Positions 14,728 through 24,807 of a stretch of DNA of 64,000 bases are shown here, piece by piece. Each line of letters begins with the position of its first letter. The stretch's first letter is position 1. The position numbers and the translations under genes are program-made. Source of the DNA: a virus (taxonomy: Duplodnaviria > Caudoviricetes); IMG/VR virus record IMGVR_UViG_3300047160_011268, positions 1,710 through 65,709 of that record. The stretch is one strand, 5' to 3'. The notes under the pieces were generated by a model, which worked only from the letters and a program-made list of their open reading frames with translations, was not told the origin of the DNA and searched no databases.

Positions 14728-17700
14728 GTGGCGCATACGCTCGCCGACTTTTTATCGCGGGCGTTACCATGGCCCACCCCGGAGCGACCCGGGTGGGTCA
14801 ATATTCATTATCGAGCAGCCGATCGTAAAGGTATTACCGGCAGCCGGGCGTTCGATAATATCGGGGATTGTCTCGGCTTTGTCCGCTGGGCGATTAACCA
14901 TCCGGAAATCATTCATGACGTCTATTTCTGCACCAGCCTGCAAAAAGAGCATGGCGATCCGACGCAACGCGGTAGTTACCGGGCCGAACGATCAGCCGAT
15001 AATGCTGTGGCATCAAAATTGTTGTTCGCCGATGTGGACAAATACGCTTCGAAGCTCGAGGCGTTCGCTGCTGTTAAGTCTTTTTGTGACGCATCGCGGT
15101 CGCCGTATCCTACCTCCATGGTGGACAGTGGCAACGGTTACCATGCTTATTGGTTCTTAACCGAAGCTTTGCCAAAAATCGAATGGCTGCAACGGGCGGC
15201 TCAATTCGACGGGTTGCTCACCCGGCACGGGTTGCGGCACGATAACGTCTCTACCGACATGGCGCGGATCCTGCGCGTGCCAGAAACGTATAACTTCAAG
15301 CAGGAACCCGCCAAGCCCGTCTTCATCAAGCTTTTGAACGGCGACATCGATTTGTTGAGCTGGCAGTCGCTGCAGGAAGCAACGTCGACGCCCGCTAAGA
15401 TACATCATGCGGCCCCACTTAATAATTTTCATCAGCCGATCCCGGCGGAGATAAGCATCAGTTCGCGGGCCTTGGCGGGCCGGCCGTCGCTGCTGTTTGC
15501 CCGTGAGCTGCCGATCGACGAACGTGTGGAAGGTGGCACCATCGATCCAAGACCAGTCGTCAAGCTCTGCCCAATGTTCCGAGAAACCCTCGCCGCGGGT
15601 GGCGAAGGCGTCGGCCAGCCCCTCTGGCATCAGCAAGCTTTCGCTTGCACGTTCCTCCTCGACGGCAAGCAATTGTTCCATGACTTGAGCTGCAAGCACC
15701 GCGATTATTCCCGGGACGAAGCCGATGCCATGTACGACCGCAAGCTGGTCGATCGTCATACCAAAGGCTTGGGCTATCCCTCTTGTGTTACTTTTGAGAC
15801 CAATGGATCTCTTCAATGCAAGAGTTGCCCTGTCAAGGGCAAAGTTGTCTCACCGTTAAACCTGCGCGCCCCGGTCGAATCCGACGACGATGAGCCATTG
15901 GTTCCGGTCGATAATAAGCAGGGTTTTTATTACGGCCGCGACTGCGGCATGGACGAGCCGGATTGGATTTATGGTCGGGCTGATTCACGCGGCGGCAAAG
16001 CTTTAGTGCCGATCGTCTATTCTAAGATTTACAGCGTGCGGCCCTTTAAGGCGGAACAGGGCGACGGCATCGGCGTGCGCATCGTGCACCAGACCCATGG
16101 TTCGCACCGCAATACCACGCATATCTCGTCGAAGGATTTCGAGCGTTCCGAGTTGATTTGGGCGCGTGCTAACCAAGGGGGAATGGCTTTGGCAAACCGA
16201 AAAGAGAGTTTCGCCAATTTGGTGTGTTCATGGAGAGGGCGCATGCAGAATGCCGAGGAGGAAATTGCCCGGTGCATTCAGTATGGCTGGGTCATCCCGG
16301 AGGCTGGTGAGGACGACGACATTGTGCAGCCGACCGGCTTTGCTTTTGACGGCTGGATCTTCCAGACCAACGGTCGAACATCGCCGTCGATCAGCCGCGG
16401 TGATCAGACCGAGGATGTCTATTGCCGGCGCGGCAATAACAAAGCCTGGTTCAAGGCGTTGAACTATCTGCTGCAGACCAAGCGGCCCGAGGTGCAAGTC
16501 CTGGCTCTGACCGGCTTTGCTGCGCCGTTGATCCGTTTCACTGGGCATTACAGCGTCGCCGTCATGGCAATGGGTGAAAGCGGCGGCAATAAGTCGGCGG
16601 CGACGGCCGTCGGTTTGGCGGTATGGGCCGATCCCCGTACTGCCGCACAGAAGCCGTCCGCGTCCACCCTGGCGATCATGAAGCGGATGGGCGTGCTGCA
16701 TCATTTGCCGGTGGCATTGGATGACCTGCAATACCGTGACTTTCCGGTCTCGCGCAGATTGGTGATGGACATTACCCAAGGCGCTGAAGGCGCCAAGCTG
16801 AACTCCAACCGCGACGAGCGCGAGCAGGGCAAATGGGATACCATCATTGTCACCACATCGAACCGCAGCCTGGCCGAGTATATCGAGCAGGAAGAGCAGA
16901 ACGAAAGCTCGGCCTTGGTGCGCTGCTTTGAGTTCGCTGTGCCCAAGCTCTACCCGGACAGCGAAGGCTTCCAGAACCAAGCCGAGACCACGCCGGTATT
17001 CTCGGCCTTGAACGAGAATCATGGCCATCTGGGCTTGGCCTATGCCAAGAAGCTCGGCGCCAACCCGGCGCATTACCGGGCATTGGTTGCGGAAGTTGGC
17101 GAACGCATCACCCAGCAGGTGGGCATCGTCGACTCCGAGGAGCGGTTCTGGTATGCAGCCGCCACCACGATTGTGGCTGGCGCGATCGCCGCCAATGAGC
17201 TATTGACTGAGCTGCAACATCTGGAGCAATTCGACGTCGAAGCGGTGGAGGCATGCGTGGTCAAGATCTATAAAGACATGCGCGAGCGCGTCGCCGAAGC
17301 CAAAATCAAAAGCTCGTCCTCGGAGTGGGTCAAACGGCAGTTGATCACCTTCCTCAACGACTATGCCCGGCCGCGCAACATGGTGGTGGCGACCGAGGAG
17401 ATGCATGACGGTGCCGGCCGGCCGCAGTCGGTGTCGGCGCGGTTCCCGCAAGGCCAGCAATATATGGACATGAAGAAGATCGGCTTGCGCTGGGTGGCAC
17501 GGCCGAAGAAGGAAGTCATCATTTCGCAGGAGGTCTTGTTCGCTTGCCTGCGCGAGCACAAGGCCAGCACCAACGATATGAAGAAGGGATTGTTGCAATA
17601 CTACAACGCCAAGATCATGCGCGGCAAGATCGGCGTCGGCCTCAACGATATCAAGCTATCGACCGGGCCGCAGCCGCTGTTCCGCATCGAGATCAATCCG

Positions 17701-17796
17701 GGTTCGTGGCTGGATGAGCAGTGGCAGATTTTTCTGGGGGAGGATGAGCGGCGAAAAATCGTGACACTACCGCCGCCACAAAGTCGTGATCGGTAA
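14728..17796 (+). CDS. primase with Cys-rich region and DUF927-type/P-loop domain
   Basis: N-terminal ADVD and VDSGNGYHAYW (AEP/RepB-like primase); SC..C..C cluster; GESGGNKS and ALDD. Confidence 0.82.
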   Translation: MAHTLADFLSRALPWPTPERPGWVNIHYRAADRKGITGSRAFDNIGDCLGFVRWAINHPEIIHDVYFCTSLQKEHGDPTQRGSYRAERSADNAVASKLLFADVDKYASKLEAFAAVKSFCDASRSPYPTSMVDSGNGYHAYWFLTEALPKIEWLQRAAQFDGLLTRHGLRHDNVSTDMARILRVPETYNFKQEPAKPVFIKLLNGDIDLLSWQSLQEATSTPAKIHHAAPLNNFHQPIPAEISISSRALAGRPSLLFARELPIDERVEGGTIDPRPVVKLCPMFRETLAAGGEGVGQPLWHQQAFACTFLLDGKQLFHDLSCKHRDYSRDEADAMYDRKLVDRHTKGLGYPSCVTFETNGSLQCKSCPVKGKVVSPLNLRAPVESDDDEPLVPVDNKQGFYYGRDCGMDEPDWIYGRADSRGGKALVPIVYSKIYSVRPFKAEQGDGIGVRIVHQTHGSHRNTTHISSKDFERSELIWARANQGGMALANRKESFANLVCSWRGRMQNAEEEIARCIQYGWVIPEAGEDDDIVQPTGFAFDGWIFQTNGRTSPSISRGDQTEDVYCRRGNNKAWFKALNYLLQTKRPEVQVLALTGFAAPLIRFTGHYSVAVMAMGESGGNKSAATAVGLAVWADPRTAAQKPSASTLAIMKRMGVLHHLPVALDDLQYRDFPVSRRLVMDITQGAEGAKLNSNRDEREQGKWDTIIVTTSNRSLAEYIEQEEQNESSALVRCFEFAVPKLYPDSEGFQNQAETTPVFSALNENHGHLGLAYAKKLGANPAHYRALVAEVGERITQQVGIVDSEERFWYAAATTIVAGAIAANELLTELQHLEQFDVEAVEACVVKIYKDMRERVAEAKIKSSSSEWVKRQLITFLNDYARPRNMVVATEEMHDGAGRPQSVSARFPQGQQYMDMKKIGLRWVARPKKEVIISQEVLFACLREHKASTNDMKKGLLQYYNAKIMRGKIGVGLNDIKLSTGPQPLFRIEINPGSWLDEQWQIFLGEDERRKIVTLPPPQSRDR

Positions 17797-17893
17797 GGGC
17801 TTCGTCCTCGAGCTGGATATAAGGACCAAGCAGCCGGCTAAGCCGCATCCGCACTCGGAGCTCCTCCTTGGTTATCGGCGGGACGCTGTCCAT
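17693..17893 (-). CDS. hypothetical protein
   Basis: GGAGG RBS before ATG 17893; overlaps the 3' end of the primase gene. Confidence 0.3.
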   Translation of the reverse strand: MDSVPPITKEELRVRMRLSRLLGPYIQLEDEALTDHDFVAAVVSRFFAAHPPPEKSATAHPATNPD

Positions 17894-18058
17894 CGGTGGG
17901 TCCTCCCCCGTTGCAGTCGTTGACATCGCCGATGACCTGATCAGCCCAGTCGCTTCCAAACTCAGTCTCTTCCAAATGGTTACGAATTGCTTTACGCAGG
18001 CGCCGCGCACGCATGAAATCCCCCCTTTTGGCAGGGAGGCAGTCTAGGCAGAGGAACC

Positions 18059-18556
18059 TTATTTTTGTGGTTTGATCGGCGGGCGCGTCTTGCCGTCGCC
18101 GATGTCGTCGCGGTCGGTATGGCCGACGCCCTTGGGTTTGCCCCAGTTCTCCTCGGTTTCCATCTCGCCGGGATAACCCGCCGGCAGCCGGCCACTGGTG
18201 AACCGGTCCTGCTTGGACAAGAACCGGCCAAGGTGGCTACGATCCGGGGTCTTGTAGAATTTATCGACGCCTTCGTGCCGCACCGGGCCGCCTTGGGCAT
18301 ACATGCCATGCTGCTCCTTGGAGTAGGGCCACTTGCCGTGATGCTCGGCGGCCTCGATCGATGGGCTCTCGGTAGCTTCGTGAGCCGGGCTTTCTTCTTT
18401 CTTCACAACCCCCCCCTGGGCATACTTGCCCGCTTTCTTGTCTGCGGCGACGAATTCCTTGGCGACGGCCTGTAATGGCCCTTCCTTACCGGTCGGGTGC
18501 CAGCCGTGGGCGATCGCCTGCATGAAATCATGTTGCTTTTTGCTGCTCGACGGCAT
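18059..18556 (-). CDS. virion-module protein with YAQGG motifs
   Basis: MPSSSKKQHDFMQAIAHG start; two YAQGGxV motifs. Confidence 0.7.
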   Translation of the reverse strand: MPSSSKKQHDFMQAIAHGWHPTGKEGPLQAVAKEFVAADKKAGKYAQGGVVKKEESPAHEATESPSIEAAEHHGKWPYSKEQHGMYAQGGPVRHEGVDKFYKTPDRSHLGRFLSKQDRFTSGRLPAGYPGEMETEENWGKPKGVGHTDRDDIGDGKTRPPIKPQK

Positions 18557-21500
18557 GGGCCGATCCTCGCTTGAAAGGGTTAGTGAATGGTTTAACGACG
18601 CCGCCCTGGGCAAAGCCGATCCGCTTGTGGAATTTCTCGGATTCTTGCTGCGCCTTCTTGTTGGCCTTGCGGGTGCCCGCTTCCGACTGCTGTGGTTTCA
18701 GGATCGCGCTCGGCGCATGGCGGATGCCGACGGCCGCTTCCGGTGCAGTAATGTCGGTGCCCTTTTGCTGGGTCCGCAATTGCTGGGCAAAGATCGGCAT
18801 GGCGTTGCGTTGCACATATTGCAGATACTGCCCCATCTTCTGATAGCTTGGATCGGATGGATTATAGATTTGGTGGCCGGACCAGTCCTTATCCGCCATG
18901 GTGTCCCAGACTGTCTTGGGTACGAGCGAAAGTTTGTTGTACAACATCGAAGCGGCATTCTTGGTCATGCCCTCATTGCCGGTCAATCCGTGCCACCACG
19001 AATAGACGTCTTTGAGATAGCCAGGTAGAATGGCGCGCTCCGGCATTTGCGATCGCGGTGCCTTGCCGCCGGTGCGGGGGAAGAATGGGTCTTCGACATC
19101 CTGCGGCGGTTGGCCGGTTTTCAAGAATTGGTAGATGCCGCCAACCGCTGCGGTTGTCACCGCGAAGGCCAATGGATAAGCCGCGTTGGGTTGGAAATTT
19201 GGGTCGGTAATGCGAATACTTTTGGGATTGGTGAGTAGATTTTTTATACCGCCAAAAAAGGTGCGCAAGGTACCGGTCTCCCACCCGGGTGAGAACATCA
19301 ACAAGTTGGCGGAACGCTTGAGCGTATTGTTCCAGAATAGCGTCGACTGATTGAGCTCGCCGAGCCGGTCGTCAGTCGATTTCAGGATCCGCTTGGCGAT
19401 TTCTTGATATTGCCCCGGCTTGGCGTTTGGGTTGGCGGCGATGTAGTCCATCATCTGCTCGAGCGCCGCACCGGCTTTCAGTCGCGGGATGTAGACGTTG
19501 AATAATGGATGCATCGTGGTCTGCATGGCTTCGCCAAGCATGCGGAACATTTCAGTGCCGACCTGCTGGGCTCCCGGCAATACGCCTTTACCGAAGGCTT
19601 GCTGAATGCGACCGCCTTTTTCGGCCATTTCCATCTGTAACGCGCCTTTGCGCCAAGCTTCCCAGAAATTGCGGCTGGCGGTATTAATCTCTGGGGTATA
19701 ACGGGCGATACGTTCCGGCGAAAAGCTGCCTTGCACCAGATAATCAACCGCTTTGCGGACATCAGGCGCAGCCTTCTCCGGAGTATAATAAGCTTCTAGG
19801 GCTTTGGTGGCGCTCTGTCGTGCCTGTCGAAGCGGTGCTATAGGTGCGCCGGCTAGTTTCTTGCCCGCTTCGGTAAATCTACCGGCAGCAGCTTGCTGCA
19901 CCGCGCGCATGACGTCGCCGACGACGGCCTCGGTAGTCTCGGCAATCATGTGATAGCCGCCGCCAAATAATTGCCACATAGAGCCAAAATTTTTCACTTT
20001 CTGGGCGGTGTCGATGAACGATTTTGATGTTGGGTCTTTGATCTCGGTATTGAAATAGCGGTTGGCCATGGTGGCCACTTCCGGCGTCGCGTAAAGGGGC
20101 GCACCACCGCGGGTAATATCGGTCAAAGGTTGCATACCGGGTGCCGGGCGATCGGAGATGATACCATCGGCAATGGCTTTGTTGACAATGGTCTTGCCCT
20201 CGAGGAAATGATCGTAGCCGCTGTTTAGCCGTTGCATCAACTGCACCGGATCGACACTACCGTCGGAGCGCAAGACATCCGGGCGCAACTTATGCCCGGC
20301 TTGTAGGAAATCGCCAATGGTGTAGGGCCCGCGCCGCCCAGTTTCGTCCCAGTCGATGACTTGGTTTTTGGCCGCTTCGGGATCGGCAAACATGCGGGTG
20401 AGAAAATTGGTCTGCCAATTGCCGTCAGGGTCGACAGCTTTTATCCGGCCCTGATAGTCATTATGAACATCCAAGGCATCTTTGGAGAGCCGGCTGAGCG
20501 GATTATCTTTGGGTACACCGGTTTGGAAGGTGGCGGCGAATTCATCGCGTGCCTGAGCCGGGGTCTGGTTGATGGCTTTCTCCAGATCAGCCATTCTCTG
20601 ATTATATTGCAGCCGCGCCTGGTTGGTGGCGCCTTGACCGCCCCGAACAATATTCTCGAATCTCCTCGTATCCTCGGTGAGATGCTCGGGCGTGAAAGCA
20701 GTACGGAATTGCTTGATGGGTGCGAAGTTATTGAGTGCGTCGCCGATCTTGCTCTTGGTAGCCATAGTCTCGGCTGGCGCAAAGGTACGTTCGCCTGCTT
20801 CAGGAGCAGCGGCACCGAGTGGTCGTGGCATGGCGGCCAAAGCAGCCTCGGTCTCGGGCGGCGCCTCGGTAATTGGACGAGGCGCCCCTTCCGCCTGGGT
20901 GCTGGGGGGCTCGGAAGCAGGAGAAGGCGCCTCGCCGGGAGGTGGTGCTTCCTCCCGCCCTGCCAATGCGGCTGGCGGCTTGGCGGTTCCAATCTCGGCG
21001 GCTTGCGGTGCTAAAATATTTCCCCGCTCGCTGCGCATCGGCGGCGCCGGCTTGGCAGCGAGCTCGGCTTGACGAGCGGCAATCTTTTCCGGCGTGAGCG
21101 GCGGCGTGGTCTGAATCTCTTCCGGCGTGTAGTTGAGATTGGCCGGCCGGCCGACGGCCTCAGGAGTGGTCATGCCGTAACCGACTTGCACACCTGGAAT
21201 ATTGGCCGCCGGCCGGCTGATATTGTCCGGGGTCGTGGGGCCTTCATTGACCGCCGGGCCGGCTGACGGTGGCGGCTGATCGGCCGCCATGGCGGCTGCG
21301 GCGTCAGGCCCCTGGCCGATGGTGTCGACCTGCTGCACCATCCCCCGAGGCGTCTGACCGAAGAACCGTCCCGCCCCGGCAGCGACCGATTCACCCGCGC
21401 CTTCGGCCCAAGGCCGCACCCGCGGCAGCGCCGCGCCGACCCCGCCGGCGATCAGGGCTTGGGTTGGGTCGATATTGCCGAACCCCTTCTGGATGCCTTG

Positions 21501-22070
21501 CTGGGCGAGGTCGACGCCGCCCATGATGGCGCCGGAGGCCAGCCGGGTGGCGATATTGGTGCCGGCGCCGCCGGGAGAGAGGCCGATCAGGCCGGTGCCG
21601 AGCTCGGCCGCGGTCTCAACATAGGGATGGGCTTGGATGTCCTTGGCGCGGCTTTCTGGGCTGTCCAGGCCCAGCGTATCGACGATCTCATCCTGCAGCT
21701 TGCGAGTGGCGCCGCCGGCCAGAAAAGCGCCTCCCAGAGCCCCGCCGACGGCGCCGACAGGACCCGCTGCAGCCCCTAGGGCGCCGCCGGCAACGCCGCC
21801 CACGAGGCCCGCTGCAGTTGGCAGCACCGATCGTAGGATACCTCGTGCTGCCACAGCGGCGGTCGTGGGTTCGTTTTCTGCGGAGGGCTGTGTCTGACTA
21901 GCTTGGCCATAAGGGTTATCAGTGGCCGCCTCTGTGTCAAGGCGGGGGGGTTCCATATCGACCGGGGTACCCGCCTGATCGGTGGCGCTAACAATATCCC
22001 AGTCGCTGCCTCGGGGCTGCTCGCTTGGGCTACTCTGACTGACGATCTCCCAGTCGTCGTCTGCCATCAC
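18528..22070 (-). CDS. large internal virion / DNA-ejection-type protein
   Basis: 1180 aa, Ala/Gly/Pro-rich N-half, helical C-half; last of the large genes after the tail nozzle. Confidence 0.7.
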   Translation of the reverse strand: MMADDDWEIVSQSSPSEQPRGSDWDIVSATDQAGTPVDMEPPRLDTEAATDNPYGQASQTQPSAENEPTTAAVAARGILRSVLPTAAGLVGGVAGGALGAAAGPVGAVGGALGGAFLAGGATRKLQDEIVDTLGLDSPESRAKDIQAHPYVETAAELGTGLIGLSPGGAGTNIATRLASGAIMGGVDLAQQGIQKGFGNIDPTQALIAGGVGAALPRVRPWAEGAGESVAAGAGRFFGQTPRGMVQQVDTIGQGPDAAAAMAADQPPPSAGPAVNEGPTTPDNISRPAANIPGVQVGYGMTTPEAVGRPANLNYTPEEIQTTPPLTPEKIAARQAELAAKPAPPMRSERGNILAPQAAEIGTAKPPAALAGREEAPPPGEAPSPASEPPSTQAEGAPRPITEAPPETEAALAAMPRPLGAAAPEAGERTFAPAETMATKSKIGDALNNFAPIKQFRTAFTPEHLTEDTRRFENIVRGGQGATNQARLQYNQRMADLEKAINQTPAQARDEFAATFQTGVPKDNPLSRLSKDALDVHNDYQGRIKAVDPDGNWQTNFLTRMFADPEAAKNQVIDWDETGRRGPYTIGDFLQAGHKLRPDVLRSDGSVDPVQLMQRLNSGYDHFLEGKTIVNKAIADGIISDRPAPGMQPLTDITRGGAPLYATPEVATMANRYFNTEIKDPTSKSFIDTAQKVKNFGSMWQLFGGGYHMIAETTEAVVGDVMRAVQQAAAGRFTEAGKKLAGAPIAPLRQARQSATKALEAYYTPEKAAPDVRKAVDYLVQGSFSPERIARYTPEINTASRNFWEAWRKGALQMEMAEKGGRIQQAFGKGVLPGAQQVGTEMFRMLGEAMQTTMHPLFNVYIPRLKAGAALEQMMDYIAANPNAKPGQYQEIAKRILKSTDDRLGELNQSTLFWNNTLKRSANLLMFSPGWETGTLRTFFGGIKNLLTNPKSIRITDPNFQPNAAYPLAFAVTTAAVGGIYQFLKTGQPPQDVEDPFFPRTGGKAPRSQMPERAILPGYLKDVYSWWHGLTGNEGMTKNAASMLYNKLSLVPKTVWDTMADKDWSGHQIYNPSDPSYQKMGQYLQYVQRNAMPIFAQQLRTQQKGTDITAPEAAVGIRHAPSAILKPQQSEAGTRKANKKAQQESEKFHKRIGFAQGGVVKPFTNPFKRGSAHAVEQQKAT

Positions 22071-23893
22071 TGCACCCGTACAGGCTTACCATTCTGAATG
22101 GTCCATTGCTGACCGTTCTTGAGGGTGAAGGTCATGCCTTCGCCGCCCTTCATCATACGATCCATGATGCCTTGCGGCGGCTGTCCTGCGACGCCGGCTT
22201 GCCTTTCATAATTCCTTAAATATGCCTGCTCCTCCGGTGCCAGCTCCTCGCCGGCCCGTGCCTTCTGGTTGAGGGCAGTGTAGACGGCATGTTGCTGGCC
22301 TCGTCGTTCGATGTCGCCCTGGGCTCCTGGAACTCCCCTCCCCCGGGTAGGCGTCTCGGTCAAATCTAGCGGGTGACGGGCGACGAAAGCGGCGTTGGCC
22401 GCAGCGTCGGCCGGGGTGTAAGCTGCTCTTCGGTCTTCTCCGCCAAAAGGCGTCGCCCGCACCACGCCATATTGGTTCGCCTGCCCCGGCATCGCTCCTT
22501 GGCCCGGTGCAGCCCGCTCGGCTGCCGCCGCCTGCGCTGCCGGTGCTGCCGGCGCTGCTGCAGCCTGGTAATCCTGCTGGGTCCAGCCTGGCGGGGCATT
22601 AGCATTAGCCGGCTGCGGGGCAGGGGCCGGTATGGCCGGTACGGCTTGCGCCGGCGACACGTTACCTTGGGCGGCCCGTTCGAAAGCTTGTTGACGGTCA
22701 TACCGTTGCTGCTCTGCACGGGATGGTGTTGCTGCCGCTGCCTCTGCGTTTCTTCTGATGAACTCAGGCGTTCCGAGCGATCGCGCCGGTCCTTGAGGCG
22801 TTTGGACGGGATAGGCTACCCGCGTGGCTTGGTCAATGTAAGCTTGCTGATCTTGAGGAGACTGGCTCAGAAACTTCTGACGGTCCGAGGGTGACATACC
22901 GGAAGCGTATTGTTGCGGTGTGGTTTTCGGTGCCAGTTCATAGCGGTTGCCGTTAATGTCAATTTGCCCTTTCTGCGGGGCCGTCCATACTCGCGTCGCG
23001 CGTGGCGTACCAGGCGTTTCCGGGGCTGGTACATTCAAGTCACGCTGCGGCCCAACCAGTTGTTCCCGGGTCGGGCCTTCTTCTCGGGGTGGTGGGGTCG
23101 TGGAGCCGGGGCCTTGGGGCCCGACCGGCGACCCTTTGAGGTGCTCGTCGGTGAGCTTGGAGTGGCCGTCGACTAGATCGCGCAGATTGCCTTTCTGGAT
23201 CGTGTCGTAATACGAATCATCGCCATGAACAAAGTTGGAAAATTGCGCATTGGACAACTTGACCGGATCGCCATAGCGTTGGTTCTCCTCAGGGATATTA
23301 ACGAGAACACCATCACTGGTGGCGGTGAAGGTGGTGCCGAATGCATGCGGGGCATATTTGGTCGCTTCGTTCATGCGCCCTGCCGCTGAAGTAAAATCAC
23401 CAGCCTCGGCGTCCTTGCGGGCGATGGCGCGTAGCGAATCGTATTTGTCGGCGCCGTGCATAAGGACACTGACTTTCTTGTCCGGATCGGTCTGGTCCTT
23501 CATCATCTGCAAGAACACCAAGCCGGGGTCCATTGTGCCATTCGGATCGATGCGTTTCTGTTCGCTGCGATAGTCGTTTTCGTTCATGGCGCCGTTACGG
23601 CTGATATAATCCTGCAGCACACCACGGGTGGGACGCGGATTGACGTCGGTGCCGAGGCCAAAACGGGGGTTGGCGGCGTTGGGGTTATTGAAATCGGCAT
23701 CGCTAGGAATGCCGCCGCCCCCACGAGCGGGCGGGTTAGCATAGTCTTGCGGGTTAACGGCGAGGCCGCCGCCCCATGGCTGATCAGGCGCTTGCTGCGG
23801 GCCGGTGTCGGCCTGGTCGGCCGCACCGAAGAACGGGGTTTGTCCCCCTGCCGGCGGGGCGCCGCCCTGATTGGTATCGTCGTCGTCAGCCAT
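22067..23893 (-). CDS. internal virion / ejection-type protein
   Basis: 608 aa, Gln/Pro/Ala-rich, coupled to neighbours. Confidence 0.65.
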   Translation of the reverse strand: MADDDDTNQGGAPPAGGQTPFFGAADQADTGPQQAPDQPWGGGLAVNPQDYANPPARGGGGIPSDADFNNPNAANPRFGLGTDVNPRPTRGVLQDYISRNGAMNENDYRSEQKRIDPNGTMDPGLVFLQMMKDQTDPDKKVSVLMHGADKYDSLRAIARKDAEAGDFTSAAGRMNEATKYAPHAFGTTFTATSDGVLVNIPEENQRYGDPVKLSNAQFSNFVHGDDSYYDTIQKGNLRDLVDGHSKLTDEHLKGSPVGPQGPGSTTPPPREEGPTREQLVGPQRDLNVPAPETPGTPRATRVWTAPQKGQIDINGNRYELAPKTTPQQYASGMSPSDRQKFLSQSPQDQQAYIDQATRVAYPVQTPQGPARSLGTPEFIRRNAEAAAATPSRAEQQRYDRQQAFERAAQGNVSPAQAVPAIPAPAPQPANANAPPGWTQQDYQAAAAPAAPAAQAAAAERAAPGQGAMPGQANQYGVVRATPFGGEDRRAAYTPADAAANAAFVARHPLDLTETPTRGRGVPGAQGDIERRGQQHAVYTALNQKARAGEELAPEEQAYLRNYERQAGVAGQPPQGIMDRMMKGGEGMTFTLKNGQQWTIQNGKPVRVQ

Positions 23894-24807
23894 TATCGAC
23901 CCCCCGGCGTCATCGGAATGCCGGCGCCCAGGCTTTTACCGTACCACTCCTGACCGCGTTGCCCCCCTGCCGGTCCCGGCTGGCTAAAGGCGGTGCCGCG
24001 GCTTGGCGAAGTGAAGCCGCGCGAGGACTGGTCCTGATATAGGTTCTTCTCTTGCGACGCCTGCGGATTGCTGTCGGTCCAGTTCGGCCGGCCAGCGTTG
24101 CCGGTCGGTGTTTGCGGCGTGACGCCTGGCCCTGCCGGCCCCGGCGGCGCTGTCGGCGATGTTGCTTGCGGCGATGTCGTCGACGCGGTGTCGTAAGCGT
24201 TGGCTCCTGAAGCTTCCGGTGGCGCTACTAAGCCGCCCGCTGCATAGCTGCCTTTGGTCGAGCTGGAGCTTGAACTACTACTTCCCCCGCCGCCGCTTGA
24301 GGGCGTTGTTGAGGCTTTGTAGCCCGTATAACTGGTATCGGACGAGCTCGTCCCTGATGTACCGGAGGTGCTGGATGTGCTGGATGTATCCGTTGACTTC
24401 GATGTATCAGTTGTTTTGGCTTTGGCGTCATAACCTTGCGCTTCGCCGGCTTGGGCATCCTGCTCGTCTTGCCAAGCCTGCTTGAGGTCACTTTGCACGC
24501 CGTCATAGACCGACTTTGCGTGGGTCACCAAACTGCCGGTATCGCCGCCACTGGTGCCATATTGCCCACTGCCACCATAGCTGCCACTACCGCTTTCAGT
24601 GGTGTTCAACGAGTAGCTGGCAGCGGGATCACTATAGTCGCCGCTGCTCACAGTGCCGCCTTCTTGATAACCGCGGCCGGCAACGGCGATCGAATTGGGG
24701 CTTGATTGGCCGTCAGCGACGATGCCGCCGCCGTAATAATTGCCGCGTTGCACGGGGATGCCGAGATGCGGCTGTCGGCGCGGCGGTATCGGGCGATGCA
24801 ATCTCAT
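23893..24807 (-). CDS. low-complexity Ser/Thr/Gly-rich virion-module protein
   Basis: 304 aa with S/T tracts; YQEGGTV and YAAGGLV motifs. Confidence 0.6.
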   Translation of the reverse strand: MRLHRPIPPRRQPHLGIPVQRGNYYGGGIVADGQSSPNSIAVAGRGYQEGGTVSSGDYSDPAASYSLNTTESGSGSYGGSGQYGTSGGDTGSLVTHAKSVYDGVQSDLKQAWQDEQDAQAGEAQGYDAKAKTTDTSKSTDTSSTSSTSGTSGTSSSDTSYTGYKASTTPSSGGGGSSSSSSSSTKGSYAAGGLVAPPEASGANAYDTASTTSPQATSPTAPPGPAGPGVTPQTPTGNAGRPNWTDSNPQASQEKNLYQDQSSRGFTSPSRGTAFSQPGPAGGQRGQEWYGKSLGAGIPMTPGGR